From NCBI GenBank assembly GCA_010405405.1, contig MU004243.1:429340-493339 (forward strand): DNA of 64,000 nucleotides, in the 5' to 3' direction. The translations under genes and the position numbers were made by a program. The stretch comes from Microthyrium microscopicum. Lineage: Eukaryota. Shown here one piece after another: positions 50,141 to 64,000 of the stretch. The notes beneath the pieces were generated by a model that saw only the letters and a list, made by a program, of their open reading frames with translations, searched no databases and had not been told where the DNA came from. Every line of letters begins with the position of its first letter. The stretch's first letter is position 1.

Positions 50141-53100
50141 ATGTCACAACAATCTCAATCCGCCCCGGGTGGTGTAAGTTTATCGTATCTCAGCAATTGA
50201 CCTAGCTAACTATCGCATCAGCACTACTCGGGAGCCAACAAGATCCCAAACATCAAGGAGTTTATGGAGAAGCTCGATATATCCAAGAAAGATCGAGACC
50301 AAAAGATCGATAGCGGCAATAGTGGACGACCTACAACAGCTGAAGATGCTCAGAAACCTAAATCGAATACAGAGCTGAAAGCTGGCAAAGGCCAGAGTGC
50401 TGTCACAGACCCAGTTACTGGCGGGTAAGATCCCTCTAATGCCCGGATGTGGTGGTTGAATGACAATCTTTACCATTTCAAAACGCTAGACACCGGCATT
50501 GGAACTAGGGCCCTAGTAGCAAATCTATACTAATACTTTGCAGACAGGTAGTCATCGAGAATGCTCACAAGGACATGGTGAACGAAGTCAACAATCCTAA
50601 CCTGTCCGTCCCAAACGCGAACCTAAATAAAGACACAACTGTCAAGACCGATGCTTCACAGTCCGGTGAAGAATATCGACATAATCAAGATGTCACGGCA
50701 CCACCAGAGCCAGTGGAGCCTGGCAGTACAACAGACGTTCCTATCCATGGCGAGAAGACTAATATTCTTTTCCATCCAACTCCATCAGTTAGCTACGAGC
50801 CTATGTTTGCATCGCTCGAAAACCAAGCTACTGGTTTATGTGTTGGCGTCTTCGTTGCCATCGTCGTCGTTGGGCGCATGTTCGGTGGTTCGCTATGGGG
50901 GTTGATTCCTCTGGCCATGTGCGTTACGTCCGGTATCTGGCTTTGGATGAAAGAAATTGTTCGAAGTGGCCGTGAAGTTGAATGGCACAGTGAGAAAACA
51001 CGAGGCAAAACAGTATGTTGTAAATCTTCAAAAGACAATCTCAAACTAACAATTACAGGCTACCGCGAATCTCCTGCCAGAATCTGTCGAATGGTTGAAC
51101 ACAATGCTCGAGGTTGTATGGGGTCTCATCAATCCAGATATGTTCCAGGCCGTTGCGGACACCCTTGAAGACGTCATGCAAGCTTCCGTTCCTGGAATCA
51201 TTGAGAACATTCGTGTTGCAGAGATCAACCAAGGGAGCAATCCATTACGAATCCTTAGTCTAAGGGCTCTACCCGATGACCACGTTCAGGATATGAAAGA
51301 CCACATTCACGAAGAAAACAAAAAGTCCAAGGATCCACAGGAGGCAGCTGCTGACGAGGAAGGCGGCGACTATTACAACCTTGAAGTTGCCTTCGCTTAC
51401 CATGCTGCGCCATCTGGCTCACGAGCCAGCGATAAAGCTCGAAATATGCACATGCAACTCGTCTTCTATCTTGGTCTCAAAGGATTCTTTGGTGTACCCT
51501 TCCCAGTCTTTGTCGAACTTCAAGGCCTGGTAGGTACTGTTCGATTACGCCTGCATATGACTCCAGAACCTCCATACCTCAAGACCTTGACATTTACCCT
51601 CATGGGTGTTCCCCATGTATCAGCCGGATGTATTCCAATGTTCGAGAAGGCTCCAAATATCTTGAACCTGCCACTGATTTCTAACTTCGTCAACTACGCC
51701 ATTGGTGCAGCAGCTAGCATGTATGTCGCGCCAAAGTCTATGATCATGGACATGAGATCTATTCTTCAAGGTGACGACATTCAAAAGGATGTTCGGGCTT
51801 TGGGTGTTCTCTGGATTCGCATTCACCGAGCCATGGGTCTCAGCAAACAAGATCGTCGTGGCAGCAAACATGGTGGCAGCGATCCTTATATCACTCTTGC
51901 ATTCTCCAAATATGGGAAGCCCATGTACTGCACTCGTGTTATCACGGACGATCTGAACCCTATCTTCGAAGAGTCAATGGCTCTTTTGGTTACTCCGGAA
52001 CTCATTCAGGCCGATGAAAACTTGAGCGTCGAACTTTGGGATTCCGATCGGCACTCCGCTGACGATATTGTCGGAAAAATTGAGCTGTCGCTCCAAAAGA
52101 TGATTCAGCACCCTGGAAAAATGTTCCCTCAAACTTCGAAACTTAGCGGAATGGATGCTGACTCTGAGATGCCTGGAGAGCTTTTCTGGGAAATCGGATA
52201 CTTCAACAAGCCGCAATACCGCTCTGCTCTACGCACTGATGGTAAGAATACGAATCTTCCAAAGGAGCTTCGGGACAGGGCAGAGTTCCAGGATGAGAAA
52301 GGCACCGCCAATAACGCTGATGATGATGCCGTTCAACATACTCCACCAGATCCACTCTGGCCAAGCGGTATCGTCAGTATCGTCGTCCATCAGATTGTAA
52401 ACCTTGAACTCGAGAACATCAAAGGTTCTCAAGGCAATCGCAATGGTCGTGAATTTGAGCCAGCCAAGCCATATGGAGAAGGCAAAGAAGAATCAGGAGG
52501 TACACTTCCCACCAGCTATTGTACAATTTGTCTTAATGACGAATTGGTGTACCGTACTCGATCGAAGGCTGTTAGCAGCCAGCCCATTTTCAACGCTGGT
52601 ACGGAACGTTACATTCGTGACTGGAAGTCAGCAATTGTGACCGTCACCGTTCGCGACCAACGCAACAGAGAACACGATCCTGTTCTAGGTGTTGTACCAT
52701 TGAAACTTTCTGACATCCTTGATACTAGCTCCCAGGTTACTCGCTGGTATCCTATGGATGGCGGCATTGGATTTGGTCGAGTAAGAATCAGTCTGCTCTT
52801 CCGAAGTGTAGAGACCCGCCTCCCATCAACCCAGCTAGGATGGGATGTCGGAACCTTTGAGTTCCTCTCAGAACGTATCCTTGCTGTCGGCTATAACGAG
52901 AATGCTTCCATCAAGCTCCGAACCGGAGGCAGCACTGGACGCGTCTCTAAGAGCGTATGCTCTAAGCTTACTGAACAGGACGGTGTCCACTGGGAGCTTT
53001 CAAAGCTTGAAAAGGCCAAGAAACCACGCCTTCCCATCAAGTTCAGATATCGCTCACCAATTGTTTTCGAGTTCCACCTCGCTGGTAAGCGAAAGGCTGT

Positions 53101-54015
53101 CGCTTATGCCACTATCTGGCTGCAGCATCTCGTGGACAACGAAGACACACCGATTAACATTCCTATCTGGACCACTAAGAACCCTGCTCGAATTACACAG
53201 AACTACATCACTGAACAAAACTGCAAGAATGAACCTGGTCTGGAAGATCTGCAAGAGGTTGGCCGTCTGCAGTTCCGTGGACGCTTCAAGGCTGGAATGG
53301 ACGAATCGCATCAAGCGTTCATCCAGGATAACGACTCTCGCGAGACCTATGAAACATGGGAAGCCTGCCTTGCCGAAGGTGTTCGAACCCGTGTTGTCGA
53401 AAAAGAAATTCCAGACAAAGTGCAAGATATGCACGAGAAGAGTCTCCAAGAGGGCCGTGACGTCTTGAGTGACCGGCCCAAGCTCGAGAAGGGTAAATAC
53501 GTCTCCAAAGACGGCCAAGACTGGAGCGGTGCCTTTGGACATAACCCTCTTGCCTATATGGACGACGAAGGCAACAAGTTGCGCGAGCCCGGCGTCGAAT
53601 CACCCATCCGTGATCCTCACCACCCCGAGCTTGACCACGATTTTGAGCAAGATGAAGATGAAGACAGTGATGAGGATGACAGTGATGACACTAACCCCGA
53701 CTTGGGCCTTGTGGAAGGCGCAGATGGAAAGCCACGTGAAAGCATCTCGACAAATACCGATCATTCAACCTTCTCCGGCAATGCCAACAGCCAAAACAAG
53801 CGCACCGAGACACGTAAACATCGTGGTATGATGCAGTGGAAGCCAGCGCGTAATATGAAATTTGCGGCAGACCAGAGTAAGCTTAGCTTGCAGAAGTTGA
53901 AGAAAAAGGTTACTGGTGGCCTTGATGGACGACAGCCTGGTGTTGAAAGCGGTAAGTGCATCAACTCCACATTCATAAATCAATTACTAATAAATGTGTA
54001 GAAATCGGTCAGTAG
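50141..54015 (+). CDS. SMP/C2-domain membrane-tether protein (Mug190-like, tricalbin-related), 5 exons
   Basis: MSQQSQSAPGG/HYSGANKIPNI..VTDPVTG; TM hairpin; PESVEWLN..SMP region; C2 SDPYITLAFSKYGKPMYCTRVI..WDSDR..DDIVG; HRGMMQWKPARN. Confidence 0.85.
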
Positions 54016-54632
54016 AAATGATTGGTATTGGCTATTCATGCTTCAGATGACGTCCTTTGTATGATTATGCATGGCGCTCTGGATTCTCTTTTGCGATGAC
54101 TTTTGCGATGGTGTCCAAGGCTTGGAATTTATTCATTGTTGGAATGGCTACATCTTGGTAGCTTTGGGTAATGATATCATTATATATGTATATATATTCA
54201 AATTGCAAAAGTTCTTGAGTCTCCTAAGATGATTGTACTGGCATTGCCCAGTGTGCGAAGAAAAATTGCAAAATACGAAGCCATGTAATCTGAATGGCCT
54301 ACTGAAATCCACAATCCCTTGTTCATCCGCAACAAAACCACAATGATTTTGTCTTTCAAAGTCGTCGAATAGGCATAAGGCTGAAGCAAGGCTGAGCCGA
54401 CTCGGGCCGGTATGTGATCAACAAGGATCTTCGGCCCGGAGGCTAGCTCGACCTTTCATGTTGAGTTGCCGACCTGTCATGTTAAACATTCCCATAACAC
54501 GTTTGCCATTTTCTTCTCCTGATATTCGAGCCCTCTGATCTAGTGTAACACTACCCAAGAAATAGACAATCGCCGTACCCTTCATCAGACATCATGAGAT
54601 GATTATTCTCGCCGTCACTCAGCCCCAAAACC

Positions 54633-56870
54633 ATGCCTAAACGACCCCCTAAATCCGGCTACGCCGTGATCTCACAAACAGAGGAGGAGGAAGACTATTT
54701 GAACGATGAAGACCGCAACGATCCAAACAGAGGTATCCCCTCTTCTTCCACGAATGGCCCCCAGTACGCGCCTTTACAACCGGGCAGGCGATCGGATCGC
54801 ATGCAAGTTTCAGGCCACGGAGCGTCTCCACGTCATTTGCGCAAACGGAGCAATTCCGGAGTCGATCTGAAAGCTCTCAATGCAAGATTAGAACGCTGGG
54901 CAGATGAGATAGCATCAAAGTTGAAGATCAAAAAGGGCTCAGCCCAATTCGTGGACACGGAACATCTGGAGATTCAGCACTCTGTCTTCCAGGCGCCGGA
55001 TTGGATACGGCCAGCCACAAAGGAGGCATTGGAGACGGAGTACGCAGATGCGCCGGGGACAAGAATGACGAAAGAGGATTTTGATCGCACGATAGAGACT
55101 GTGCAGATAGCTATCGAGAACGATATACATCCTACACTAATATCACAGGGTAGCTCTGGCAGCTATTTCGCTATGAATTCAGCCAGGGAAGTTGTAGGAG
55201 TCTTCAAACCAAAAGATGAGGAACCATATGCTTCGAGAAATCCGAAATGGACGAAATGGATACACAGAAACCTCTTTCCCTTTTTCTTCGGCCGAGCCTG
55301 CCTTATTCCGAATCTGAGCTACGTTTCCGAAGCGGCTGCATATGTTCTGGACAAACAGTTACGTTGTAATCTGGTGCCATATACTGATGTTGTGGCATTT
55401 TCATCGAAATCCTTTTTCTACGATTATTGGGATCGGAGGGCGTTCTACCGGAGGAGAAAGCCGTTACCGGACAAAGTTGGAAGTTTTCAGGTTTTCTTGA
55501 AGGGGTATAAAGATGCGACGCATTTTTTGAAGGAGAATCCGTGGCCCGATCAGAATAGTACTGGTATTGAGGCCACTGCGCCAAAGAGAAGGCGGCGGAG
55601 ATGGACGGATGACTGCTCAAGAGCTGCAGCATCTGATGACGAGGAAGAAAGAGAGACCCCTACGGAAGAAGAATCGAATCGAAGACGAGTTTTTTGGACC
55701 GAAGGCATACAACGAAAGTTCCGTGAACAATTGGAAAGACTGGTTATTCTGGATTATATCATGAGAAACACGGATCGAGGATTGGATAATTGGATGATCC
55801 GAATTGATCGAGATAAAGAAGAGGCGGAAATTATAATCGAACCAAATTCGATAGGGAGTGGACACGCGAACGTATCACAAGAACCATATCGAAGGCCGCC
55901 AGAACAAATGGTAGCCATGAGTCGCTCCAACACTCCATTAAACGTCAAAGAAGAGAAGGCTACTGTAAGGATAGGGGCGATTGATAACAGTTTGTCATGG
56001 CCCTGGAAGCACCCTGATGCATGGAGAAGTTATCCTTTTGGCTGGTTGTTCCTCCCAGTCTCTCTCATCGGCCAGCCATTCACAGAGGCCACACGACAAC
56101 ACTTCCTTCCCTTACTTACGTCGAAAGCTTGGTGGGCAGAGACACAGCTTGCATTACGGAAATGCTTCATGCAAGATGTTGACTTTCAGGAGAAGATGTA
56201 CGCAAAGCAAATCGCTGTCATGAAAGGTCAAGCCTGGAACGTCGTCGAGACCTTGAAATGTCTCGACCACGGGCCCCTTGAGCTAACCCGTCGAGCTCGC
56301 GTCTGCGTCTGGGACGATCTCGTCGACGTGCCCATCGCTGTGCCGCTTCGCGCTCAATCTACTGAAATTACGCGCTCCAAATCCGCTGCAGATGAGCCCA
56401 ACGATGAAATGGACCTCTCCGTCGCCAGCCTCCCCGCACCAAATCGCAAACTCGCCGATATTAACCCTGAACCTGAGAACCCCTTTAACGACAACCCATT
56501 CAACGTTTCTCGACAGTCATCTCAGGTAGACGTGCGCGAGCCCCTTGACCGCACCAACGGCACCCTCTCGCCGCCCAACGTGCGCGCCATGAGTAAAAGC
56601 AATTACGCCGACAAAGCTACTTCACGACCAGGCCATCGGCCATGTATGAGCTTTGACGAGAGCCGGCGACCAGGTCGGCGGGACCGCGGAGCAAGGCCGC
56701 CACATCGTAGGCTGTCGCATTCTTCGCGGCTGTTTAGTACGCTGCCTGATGACGACGATGGCGATCTGGGTTATGCGGCGGCAGAAGATCGCGAGGCGAA
56801 TCGGAAGAAGGTTATCGTGGAGCGGCTGGAGACAGTGAAGAGCAAGAATCCGGTATTTACTTGGTGCTAG
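54633..56870 (+). CDS. LSB6: Type II phosphatidylinositol 4-kinase
   Basis: ISQGSSGSYF..VFKPKDEEPY..NPKWTKW, LDYIMRNTDRGLDNW, AIDNSLSWPWKHPD, C-terminal PVFTWC. Confidence 0.95.
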   Translation: MPKRPPKSGYAVISQTEEEEDYLNDEDRNDPNRGIPSSSTNGPQYAPLQPGRRSDRMQVSGHGASPRHLRKRSNSGVDLKALNARLERWADEIASKLKIKKGSAQFVDTEHLEIQHSVFQAPDWIRPATKEALETEYADAPGTRMTKEDFDRTIETVQIAIENDIHPTLISQGSSGSYFAMNSAREVVGVFKPKDEEPYASRNPKWTKWIHRNLFPFFFGRACLIPNLSYVSEAAAYVLDKQLRCNLVPYTDVVAFSSKSFFYDYWDRRAFYRRRKPLPDKVGSFQVFLKGYKDATHFLKENPWPDQNSTGIEATAPKRRRRRWTDDCSRAAASDDEEERETPTEEESNRRRVFWTEGIQRKFREQLERLVILDYIMRNTDRGLDNWMIRIDRDKEEAEIIIEPNSIGSGHANVSQEPYRRPPEQMVAMSRSNTPLNVKEEKATVRIGAIDNSLSWPWKHPDAWRSYPFGWLFLPVSLIGQPFTEATRQHFLPLLTSKAWWAETQLALRKCFMQDVDFQEKMYAKQIAVMKGQAWNVVETLKCLDHGPLELTRRARVCVWDDLVDVPIAVPLRAQSTEITRSKSAADEPNDEMDLSVASLPAPNRKLADINPEPENPFNDNPFNVSRQSSQVDVREPLDRTNGTLSPPNVRAMSKSNYADKATSRPGHRPCMSFDESRRPGRRDRGARPPHRRLSHSSRLFSTLPDDDDGDLGYAAAEDREANRKKVIVERLETVKSKNPVFTWC

Positions 56871-58330
56871 ACATTTGGATCAGCATTGCGGATGGCGTTT
56901 CTTCTGCGCGCATGGAAAAGACTGGGATCTTTCATAGAATACACTCTGCATCATGGGAAAAGCAACCAGTTGGATGTGCACTTGTAACCTTACTACGCTC
57001 ATATAGCTGCAATATCTAGTCTCTTTCAATATTTCTATATCGCTTCCGCCCTGACAACGGGAGCAAACAGCGCGTACTACACAACAGCTTCTTCATGCGC
57101 AGGGCCAAATTTTCCAGGAAGAACAAACACTCTGGTATGATTAGACTCTTAATATTGCAATGATATGAAACGGCAAGGCTGACCAATGGCAAGTGGATGC
57201 CTCTTTTGGTCGAATATCCCGAAAAGCTCGGACCACGCGTCTCTCGTTTCCTATATCAACCAACTCCCCTTCTTTCTGCTCCCACACTCGACACACTCCC
57301 TAGCCTTTACAATCTAGCCAGTCATCGGCGCTGTGAAAATGAACCTGTGCTCTAGATAATACCTGAAGAGCCCGGAAGAAATTATGTGGACGCTCTCTGT
57401 TGCCTGGACGGCTTCCAGTCACTGGCCTCGAAAGCTCACTTCGTCTGGACATCACTTTGAAGATATTACCTGAGAGTCCTTCCGATTTTGGGACCGATTT
57501 TCATATCTTCAATTTTCTAGCTCTCAATACTGTGCTTCTCAGCGATTAGAATCATACATTGGAGTCTTGCTTGACCACACTTTCCTCTTACGGCTTGCTT
57601 TGCTCAAGTGTCAAGACTCGGTTAGTCGCTGGAATTGCCTTGTGGACGACGACGATATCTTTACTTATTCCTACACTATCTGTGATACCTTGCTTTGGCT
57701 GCCTGTTCTCGACTGTTCTCCGTCTTGTTGACTTATATCGCTAGAACCAACACCTTGTCATAGGCGACAAGTTCTACAGCATTTCTGGTTGTACTGCTTT
57801 GAAGTGGGCCAAGATCGGGACTTTACAGACCTTCAGGTATTCTCGAGAGGACTCACTATTTGGCGAATATTCAGGAATTGTTGACCGTCAGCATCTCTCC
57901 TGTTGAGGGGAGCTCACAACTCCGAGTCCAACGCGGAAGGCGCGATCAGCCTTGCACTCGCACCTCGACCTTCTCATCACTATAAAGCCTCGCCAACTTC
58001 TTCCTCTCCACCACAATCTTCCTCCACCACAATCTCCCTTCATACTCCACAATTCACACTCGACTTCGACTCCATTCACACAACAATCTCTACCTCTTTT
58101 GCCTCTATTCCCAGTTCTCCTTTATTGCTAGCTCCACTCATATCAAGGGTACCAATATCCACGTCAAGGCTGCTATAACGCCTTGATATAGGACATTTTC
58201 TTTCCAAAAACCTTTTTTGCTGTTGCTCAACTACTTTCAAGCAGCAGTATTTCCCAAATCGACAACGCCTGACAGTATTCAACAGCAATTCAGTGCTACT
58301 TTCGGTTCTCTTATTGGTCATTCTTCCAGC

Positions 58331-61300
58331 ATGGATCCAACTTATCCATCCGACGTGATGGAGGACATCGACTCCACGAGAATGGCCCAAATATTCGCAC
58401 AGCAAGAACAAGCTCTCAAAAATAATGCTCCTGATGATGTTCATGCCCACTGGAATGGCGATCCTTTGACCACCTTTTCCGCCGAACATGAACCTGCTCC
58501 TTCCGTTGCTGCAACGGAAGAGACTGTCGGAAACACACCGATGGCGATCGAGGAAGACTTCACGTCACTTCCAGTTACCACTACTCCGCCTCATGAGCAT
58601 ACCTCTTTCACTCCAGGAGCTTCTCCCACCCTAGCCAATGTTGCCAGCGACACTGAGACGGAATTGCCAACCAATGGTCGCTTTTCTGACCAGTCCATGT
58701 CCCGGAAAGCTGTCATGCCGCCCATCGCGAGTGAACGTCCGCTTTCTGGTGGCTTTCCCAGTGGCGTGCCGCAAAATGTAATGCCACCATCTGCTATGAG
58801 CCTGCCATATGGCAATTCAACGCAGCACGGTCAACATCCTGCAAATTTCCCGTCTGCCCGCAATTCTCGACAGGCAGCCTTCCAAAACAACCAAGCTATG
58901 CCCTATGGTCAGTTCATGTCGAATGGTCAACCTTCGCCCGCCGGCTTCTCCTTACAGCACGGTCACTCGATGCCAAATATGCCAAATGGCCAATTGGTGT
59001 CGAACAGCCAGTCTCCATCCATGATGGCAAACCACCAGAGCTTTCCGCCAACGAACCTGCAAAATCGGCCCCCACAATCCCGACAGGAATACGAGCAGAT
59101 GATGTTGCAACAGCGACAGCATGCGACCCACCAAGGGTTTCTGCTTGGACAAGGCAATCAAGCCCATCACCGCTCTCTGCAACAGCAGTATCAGCCTCAT
59201 CACCACCCTCAAACTGGGACCGTGCCTAGTGGTTTCACTGCAGTGAATATGCCAGCTCATGATAATCGTCATCCAAGCAACCACGCCAATTGGTATCCTG
59301 CTACTCCAAATACTTCGTATCAGCCAAATGGCAATATTGCCAATGGAAAGCGACGGGTTGAGGACACTATCACCATTTTAGACAGCGATGAAGAGTCCGA
59401 AAATGTATCGCTCACTCATCCCGCCAAGAAGATTCGACAGGTCAACCATGACGTCCAACATACCAACGGAAACGTCCAATATGTCAACGAAAACGTTCAA
59501 CAGGTCATGGATAAGATCCAGCAGACCTCCGGAACTATTGACCTGACCAATTCGGACGACGAGCTCAAAATGGTCAAAGTCAGCACCAAAACGCACAAGG
59601 ACAACAACCGCATTGTGTGTCTTGGACGTCTCGAACCGTGCAAGGCCATCGCTTACAAAGTTCCAAATCCTGGTCACATTCCAGAGAAGCTCAAAGAGTG
59701 GCCTCGCATGCGGATTCGCATTCGAAACATTCGGCACTTGAGCGGCCAATTCTTCGTTCTCACTGATCCTGCGAACAACGACTTTGCAAAGCTTGATATC
59801 GAAACTGCACGTTTGCTCCGCAACATCAATGCCCTGTGCAAAGGTGCTTTCAAGCTTGACAAGTTGGACATTCAGCTTAAGCGCCGTAGAATGGGCCTTG
59901 GGGAAGAAGTAGGCACTTTCTTTATGGGCGGTGTCAAACCGCATCTTGCTATAGATATAGCGTTAAATGTACCGAAGAGCGTCGCCCGTGAGGTTCTAAA
60001 AGCCGTCGAAAGACAACGCTTCCGACTCGTCGCAATCCAGTCTCGAGGCGTTGATGCATACATTGAGGACGATGATGGCTTCGAGGATGAAGTTGAACAT
60101 TGGGTCGTCCCTGTCACGGAGCGTACTGCAGACTATAGTTCTGAACAGGTCGAACGTGAAGCGCTGCTTCTTGTCAACCATCATACTCAGAACACTGCTA
60201 TACCTGGGATGGAACAGCCAGACATCTTGGCCAGCACGCTCATGGATCATCAGAAACAAGGCCTTCACTTCATGACGGAACGTGAAAAGGATCCGTATCG
60301 TGAAGCTGTTGAAGAAAAGTACCAAATGTGGAAATTTCACACAGTTGATGGCGTTCCGCAATTCTACAACAAAGCACTTGGTAAGAGATCGGCTTATGCT
60401 CGCCTGAACTTTGCTAACTCTGCCAGATCGAAGCTATGCCCAAGCACCAAAGCCCACACTGGGTGGCATTCTGGCCGACGACATGGGTCTGGGCAAGACT
60501 TTGAGCATCATCGCGCTCATTGCTAGCACCATCGACAAAGCTCGTGCATTTGCTGCTCTTGCTCCCCGACGAACTCTGAATGGCCAGGTGAAGCCTAATA
60601 TGAAAGGAACGTTGATCGTGGTTCCGAAGACCCTCTTAGAGGCAAATTGGCTCAAACAGATCCAAGATCACTTGAAGTCCGACACCCTCCAGACTGCAAT
60701 GTTCTACGGATCCAATCGTGCCAAGACAATTACCGAACTCGCAAATGCCGACATCGTCCTTACGACTTACAACATTCTAGAGTACGATTCTCGTCCTAGC
60801 AGCCCTCGCGTTCTCTTCAATGCCAATTGGTATCGTGTTGTCCTTGACGAGGCCCACATGATCCGCGTAAGCAAGACAAGCCGCGCAAAAGCATGCTACA
60901 CAATAGAAGCTGCACGTCGATGGGTTGTTACTGGAACACCCATTCAAAACCACATCAGCGATCTTGGCTCGCTCTGCACTTTCTTGAAACTATTCCCATT
61001 CGATAGTTCAGCCAAATTTTCGCAGTATATCGAGACACCTTTCAAAGCTGGAGATCCTATGGTCGTTGCTCGCCTGCGGCTAATTGTTGACACCATGACC
61101 ATTCGGCGAACCAAAGACACCTTAGACTTGCCTCCAAAGACCGACATTGTGCAATACGTCCCAATGACTGAAAAGGAGAAAAAGATGTATGATGTCCTTG
61201 CTGACCATGCCTACAAGAACATTCAAATCTACACTCGAGGTAGAACAACACTTGGGGGAAAATCAATGGGCAAGATTCTGCACAATCTACTTGTTCTGCG

Positions 61301-62414
61301 AATGTTCTGCGCTCACAAACAGGATATGCTCAGCCCTGAAGATCAGAAGCTCTTGAAGGGCATCAGCCCTGAAGATCCTCTCGAAATTACGGATGATGAC
61401 GATGTCCAGAATGTGGAAAAAGCGGCACTGGATATCTTGGTCATGTTACAGGAAAGCGATGCTGATTACTGCGAGTACTGCAAAGAGCGATTTGTTGTCA
61501 ACCCAGATGAAGCTGAAGATGCCGAAACCACAGTTGCAGGTAACGTGGCCCCAGATCAACCCTTTGCTTTCACCAATGAATGCTACCACATGGTCTGTCC
61601 TCGTTGCAAACCAAAGTGGGAAGCTGATATTGAGCAAAATCTGTGCCCCAAGGAGCCAGCCTTCTACAACTGCAACTTGTGTGGCCAATCTCGCGTTCAC
61701 AAGCATCTCGTCACGCTTATGCGTGAGGTCGTCCAAGAATTCATGGCACGTCGCGAGGAGATGCGATCTCAGCGAAAGCTTCACAAGCAGCTTGGCACAT
61801 ATACCGAACCATCCTCCAAAGTCGACTACCTGTTGAAGTGCTATGACGAGTTTGAGAGACTAGACGCTGAAAAACCGGACGAGCCACCAAACAAGGCAGT
61901 TGTGTTCACCTTCTGGACAACTCACTTGGATCTAATCGAGATTGCCCTCCGTGAGCGTGACATCAAGTTTGCTCGTCTTGATGGTCGTATGGGTCACAAA
62001 CAGCGCCTCGAGGCTATCACCGCTTTCGAAACAGATCCTTCTATTACCTTCTTTATTGCCAGCATTGGAGCGGGTGGTGTTGGTTTGAACCTGACCGCAG
62101 CCAATTTCGTATTCATTATGGAGCCACAATGGAATCCTCAAGCTGAGCAGCAGGCTGTCGACCGGGTTCATCGTATCGGTCAAACTCGTCCTGTACAGGT
62201 GATCCGCATGATTGCTCCTGGCTCGATCGAGGCGAGAGTCAAGAAGCTTGGTCAGAAGAAGCTTGATTTGGCGAAAATCACTCTACAGAAAAGTATGGGC
62301 AAGCGCGAAGAACGCGAAAACAAGCTGAAAGGCATCCAGAGCTTGTTTTCGAAGCGTCATGCTAAAGATGAGGAGGGAGATGATGAGGAAGTAAATCTAG
62401 CTTTCGAGGCTTGA
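58331..62414 (+). CDS. SNF2-family helicase with RING finger (Rad5/Rad16/HLTF-like), 2 exons
   Basis: LMDHQKQGL; GGILADDMGLGKT after intron 60381-60427; VLDEAH; TGTPIQN; RING CEYC..CYHMVCPRC..CNLC; GVGLNL..WNP..QAVDRVHRIGQ. Start codon uncertain. Confidence 0.9.
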
Positions 62415-62605
62415 GTTGAATGATCAGGGATATGAAAAAGGGGTTTCAGCCAAAACTGATCGATCTTGAGAGGGCAGGTGTAGGTACTGATAATTGAAAA
62501 TACAAGAACATGTATCATAAAACCTCTCAGGTATTTCTAACGATGCAAGATCACAACTGCTCACTAGGCTTTAGGAAATCCTCCACAATTGGACACTAAT
62601 GTTTC

Positions 62606-63381
62606 TTAGATACTCGCCGCGATCCCTGGCACAAATGCACTCGCTGTACTCGGGATCTTTGCCGCAATGAGCTGCGCAACCAACTTGCCAAAGACTTCAG
62701 TCCCTTCAGCCGTTAAATGAGTTGTATCGACACCATTCGCCGGGTTGAACTTCTTCGCAGCCTCCGGTCCAATCGTATTCAAATACTTCATACTTTTACC
62801 ATTCAACTCAATCAACACTGCAGCACTGGCACTCGCCGCCTCCCTCGTCCTCGCACTCATCGCCGCCAACGTATCCCTCACCTTGTCTCCATCGAAATAC
62901 CGCTGCGACAGCGGCGTCAACAGTAACTACACCATTTAGCCTACCAAGCTTCTACCACAGATCAAAAACATACCGGCGTCGCACCCGCACTCTTCACCTC
63001 CCCGGCCAAGGCCTCCAGATTCGTCCTAAACTGCGCCTCACTGACCCCACTGCGTTCCGTATTCTTGTCATTATGTCCAAACTGGATCGTCACATATACA
63101 CTGGCTTTTGCAGTATGATTCTTGATCTCGGCGATCACATTATCCCAGTCTGGATGCCTGAAAGATGCGGTAGTGCGGCCATTGTGGCCCAGGTTGATAC
63201 CAGCGGCAGGCGGGGCGAGGAGCGCGAGAAAGCCATCACCCCAGCCGCCGGTTTGGCCGTTGGATTTGGCGGTCGTGGAGTCGCCGGCGAGGATGAAGTA
63301 GGGTGGGAGAGGTTGCCGTGGGAGGAGGAAGGCGGTTGTTAGCAGCGGGAGGAGGGCTAGGATGGTGAGTGGGAGGTGCAT
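62606..63381 (-). CDS. Secreted SGNH/GDSL esterase, rhamnogalacturonan acetylesterase-like (CE12), 2 exons
   Basis: Signal peptide; LAGDSTT, GGWG, NGRTTASF, IQFGHND, DTTH catalytic motif. Confidence 0.88.
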
Positions 63382-64000
63382 TTTGGCGGAACGGGAGAGT
63401 TAAGGGGGGAAAGAAGAATGGGATTAGATTCTGATATTGGAGATTGTGGTTGATGGTCGTTTTTGAGTACTTGGTGGTGATATAAATTATATTGATAGGG
63501 TTGATGATTGGTTGGATATTTGACATTCTACGCTATGATATATAGTTGTTAGGTCTTGATTTGATACGCAACCTTATACTGACGCCTACTGGAAACCAAC
63601 AAATCGGACGAAGATGGCAGTACATGAAGTCTTGAGAATGGACCTGATATAACATGAAGTACTAGAGTTCGTTTCAGTATTCCAGATCAATTAGACACCA
63701 GAACGCCACTTCAGGATATACCAGATCAAGTTGGAGAGGCTGTTTCTATTCAGGATATCTTCAATTATATAGAACGTTACTATAAGGTATGTTGAAGCTG
63801 GCAAGGCCGGCAAGGCTGGGTGAAATCGTATGAGGCGGGGAAGATTGTGGCGAAGCAACCTGCAACCATCCATCCATCGCACTCTTTGATATCAGCTTGT
63901 TCCTCCTCACATCACTACTACTAATGCCCAAGCTGTATATCGAAACTAGCAGCTTCGTCCCGCATTACAGTCATATCGAGAGCCTTAAGGCACAATTGAC

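Noticed and set aside
1..64000. Secondary-metabolite cluster or intact transposon
   Set aside because: No PKS, NRPS, terpene synthase, transposase, reverse transcriptase or tyrosine recombinase ORF is present; neighbours are unrelated housekeeping genes.

Overview
This is a gene-dense, intron-rich stretch of a filamentous ascomycete (Pezizomycotina) nuclear genome, with short GT..AG introns and CTRAY branch sites; the species cannot be determined from the sequence. I can support about 24 protein-coding genes. Most are housekeeping: TPP-dependent enzyme, Nup2, L-arabinitol 4-dehydrogenase, 2OG-Fe(II) oxygenase, Rax1, Rad1, Ost5, Gcn5, PDH E2, Stc1-domain protein, PLD-family protein, Lsm1, F-box/WD40, NagA, NmrA-like, Mug190-like C2 protein, Lsb6, Rad5/16-type SNF2 and a CE12 esterase. 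There are also three unusual secreted proteins, a frameshifted APH-like kinase pseudogene and a nuclear RNase P RNA gene that the ORF track does not show. The best candidate for new biology is the RNase P RNA gene: it has internal T5-T6 runs (poor fit to Pol III), and it is followed by a perfect 5' splice site and branch point with a distant AG, resembling the spliceosomal-cleavage 3'-end module of fungal telomerase RNAs. Other candidates are a giant chitin-binding secreted protein with five 8-Cys modules each holding a KR site, a long G.U-biased hairpin in a Nup2 intron, and a hidden in-frame repeat tail behind the GCN5 stop codon. All calls come from reading the sequence by eye; no searches or folding programs were run.
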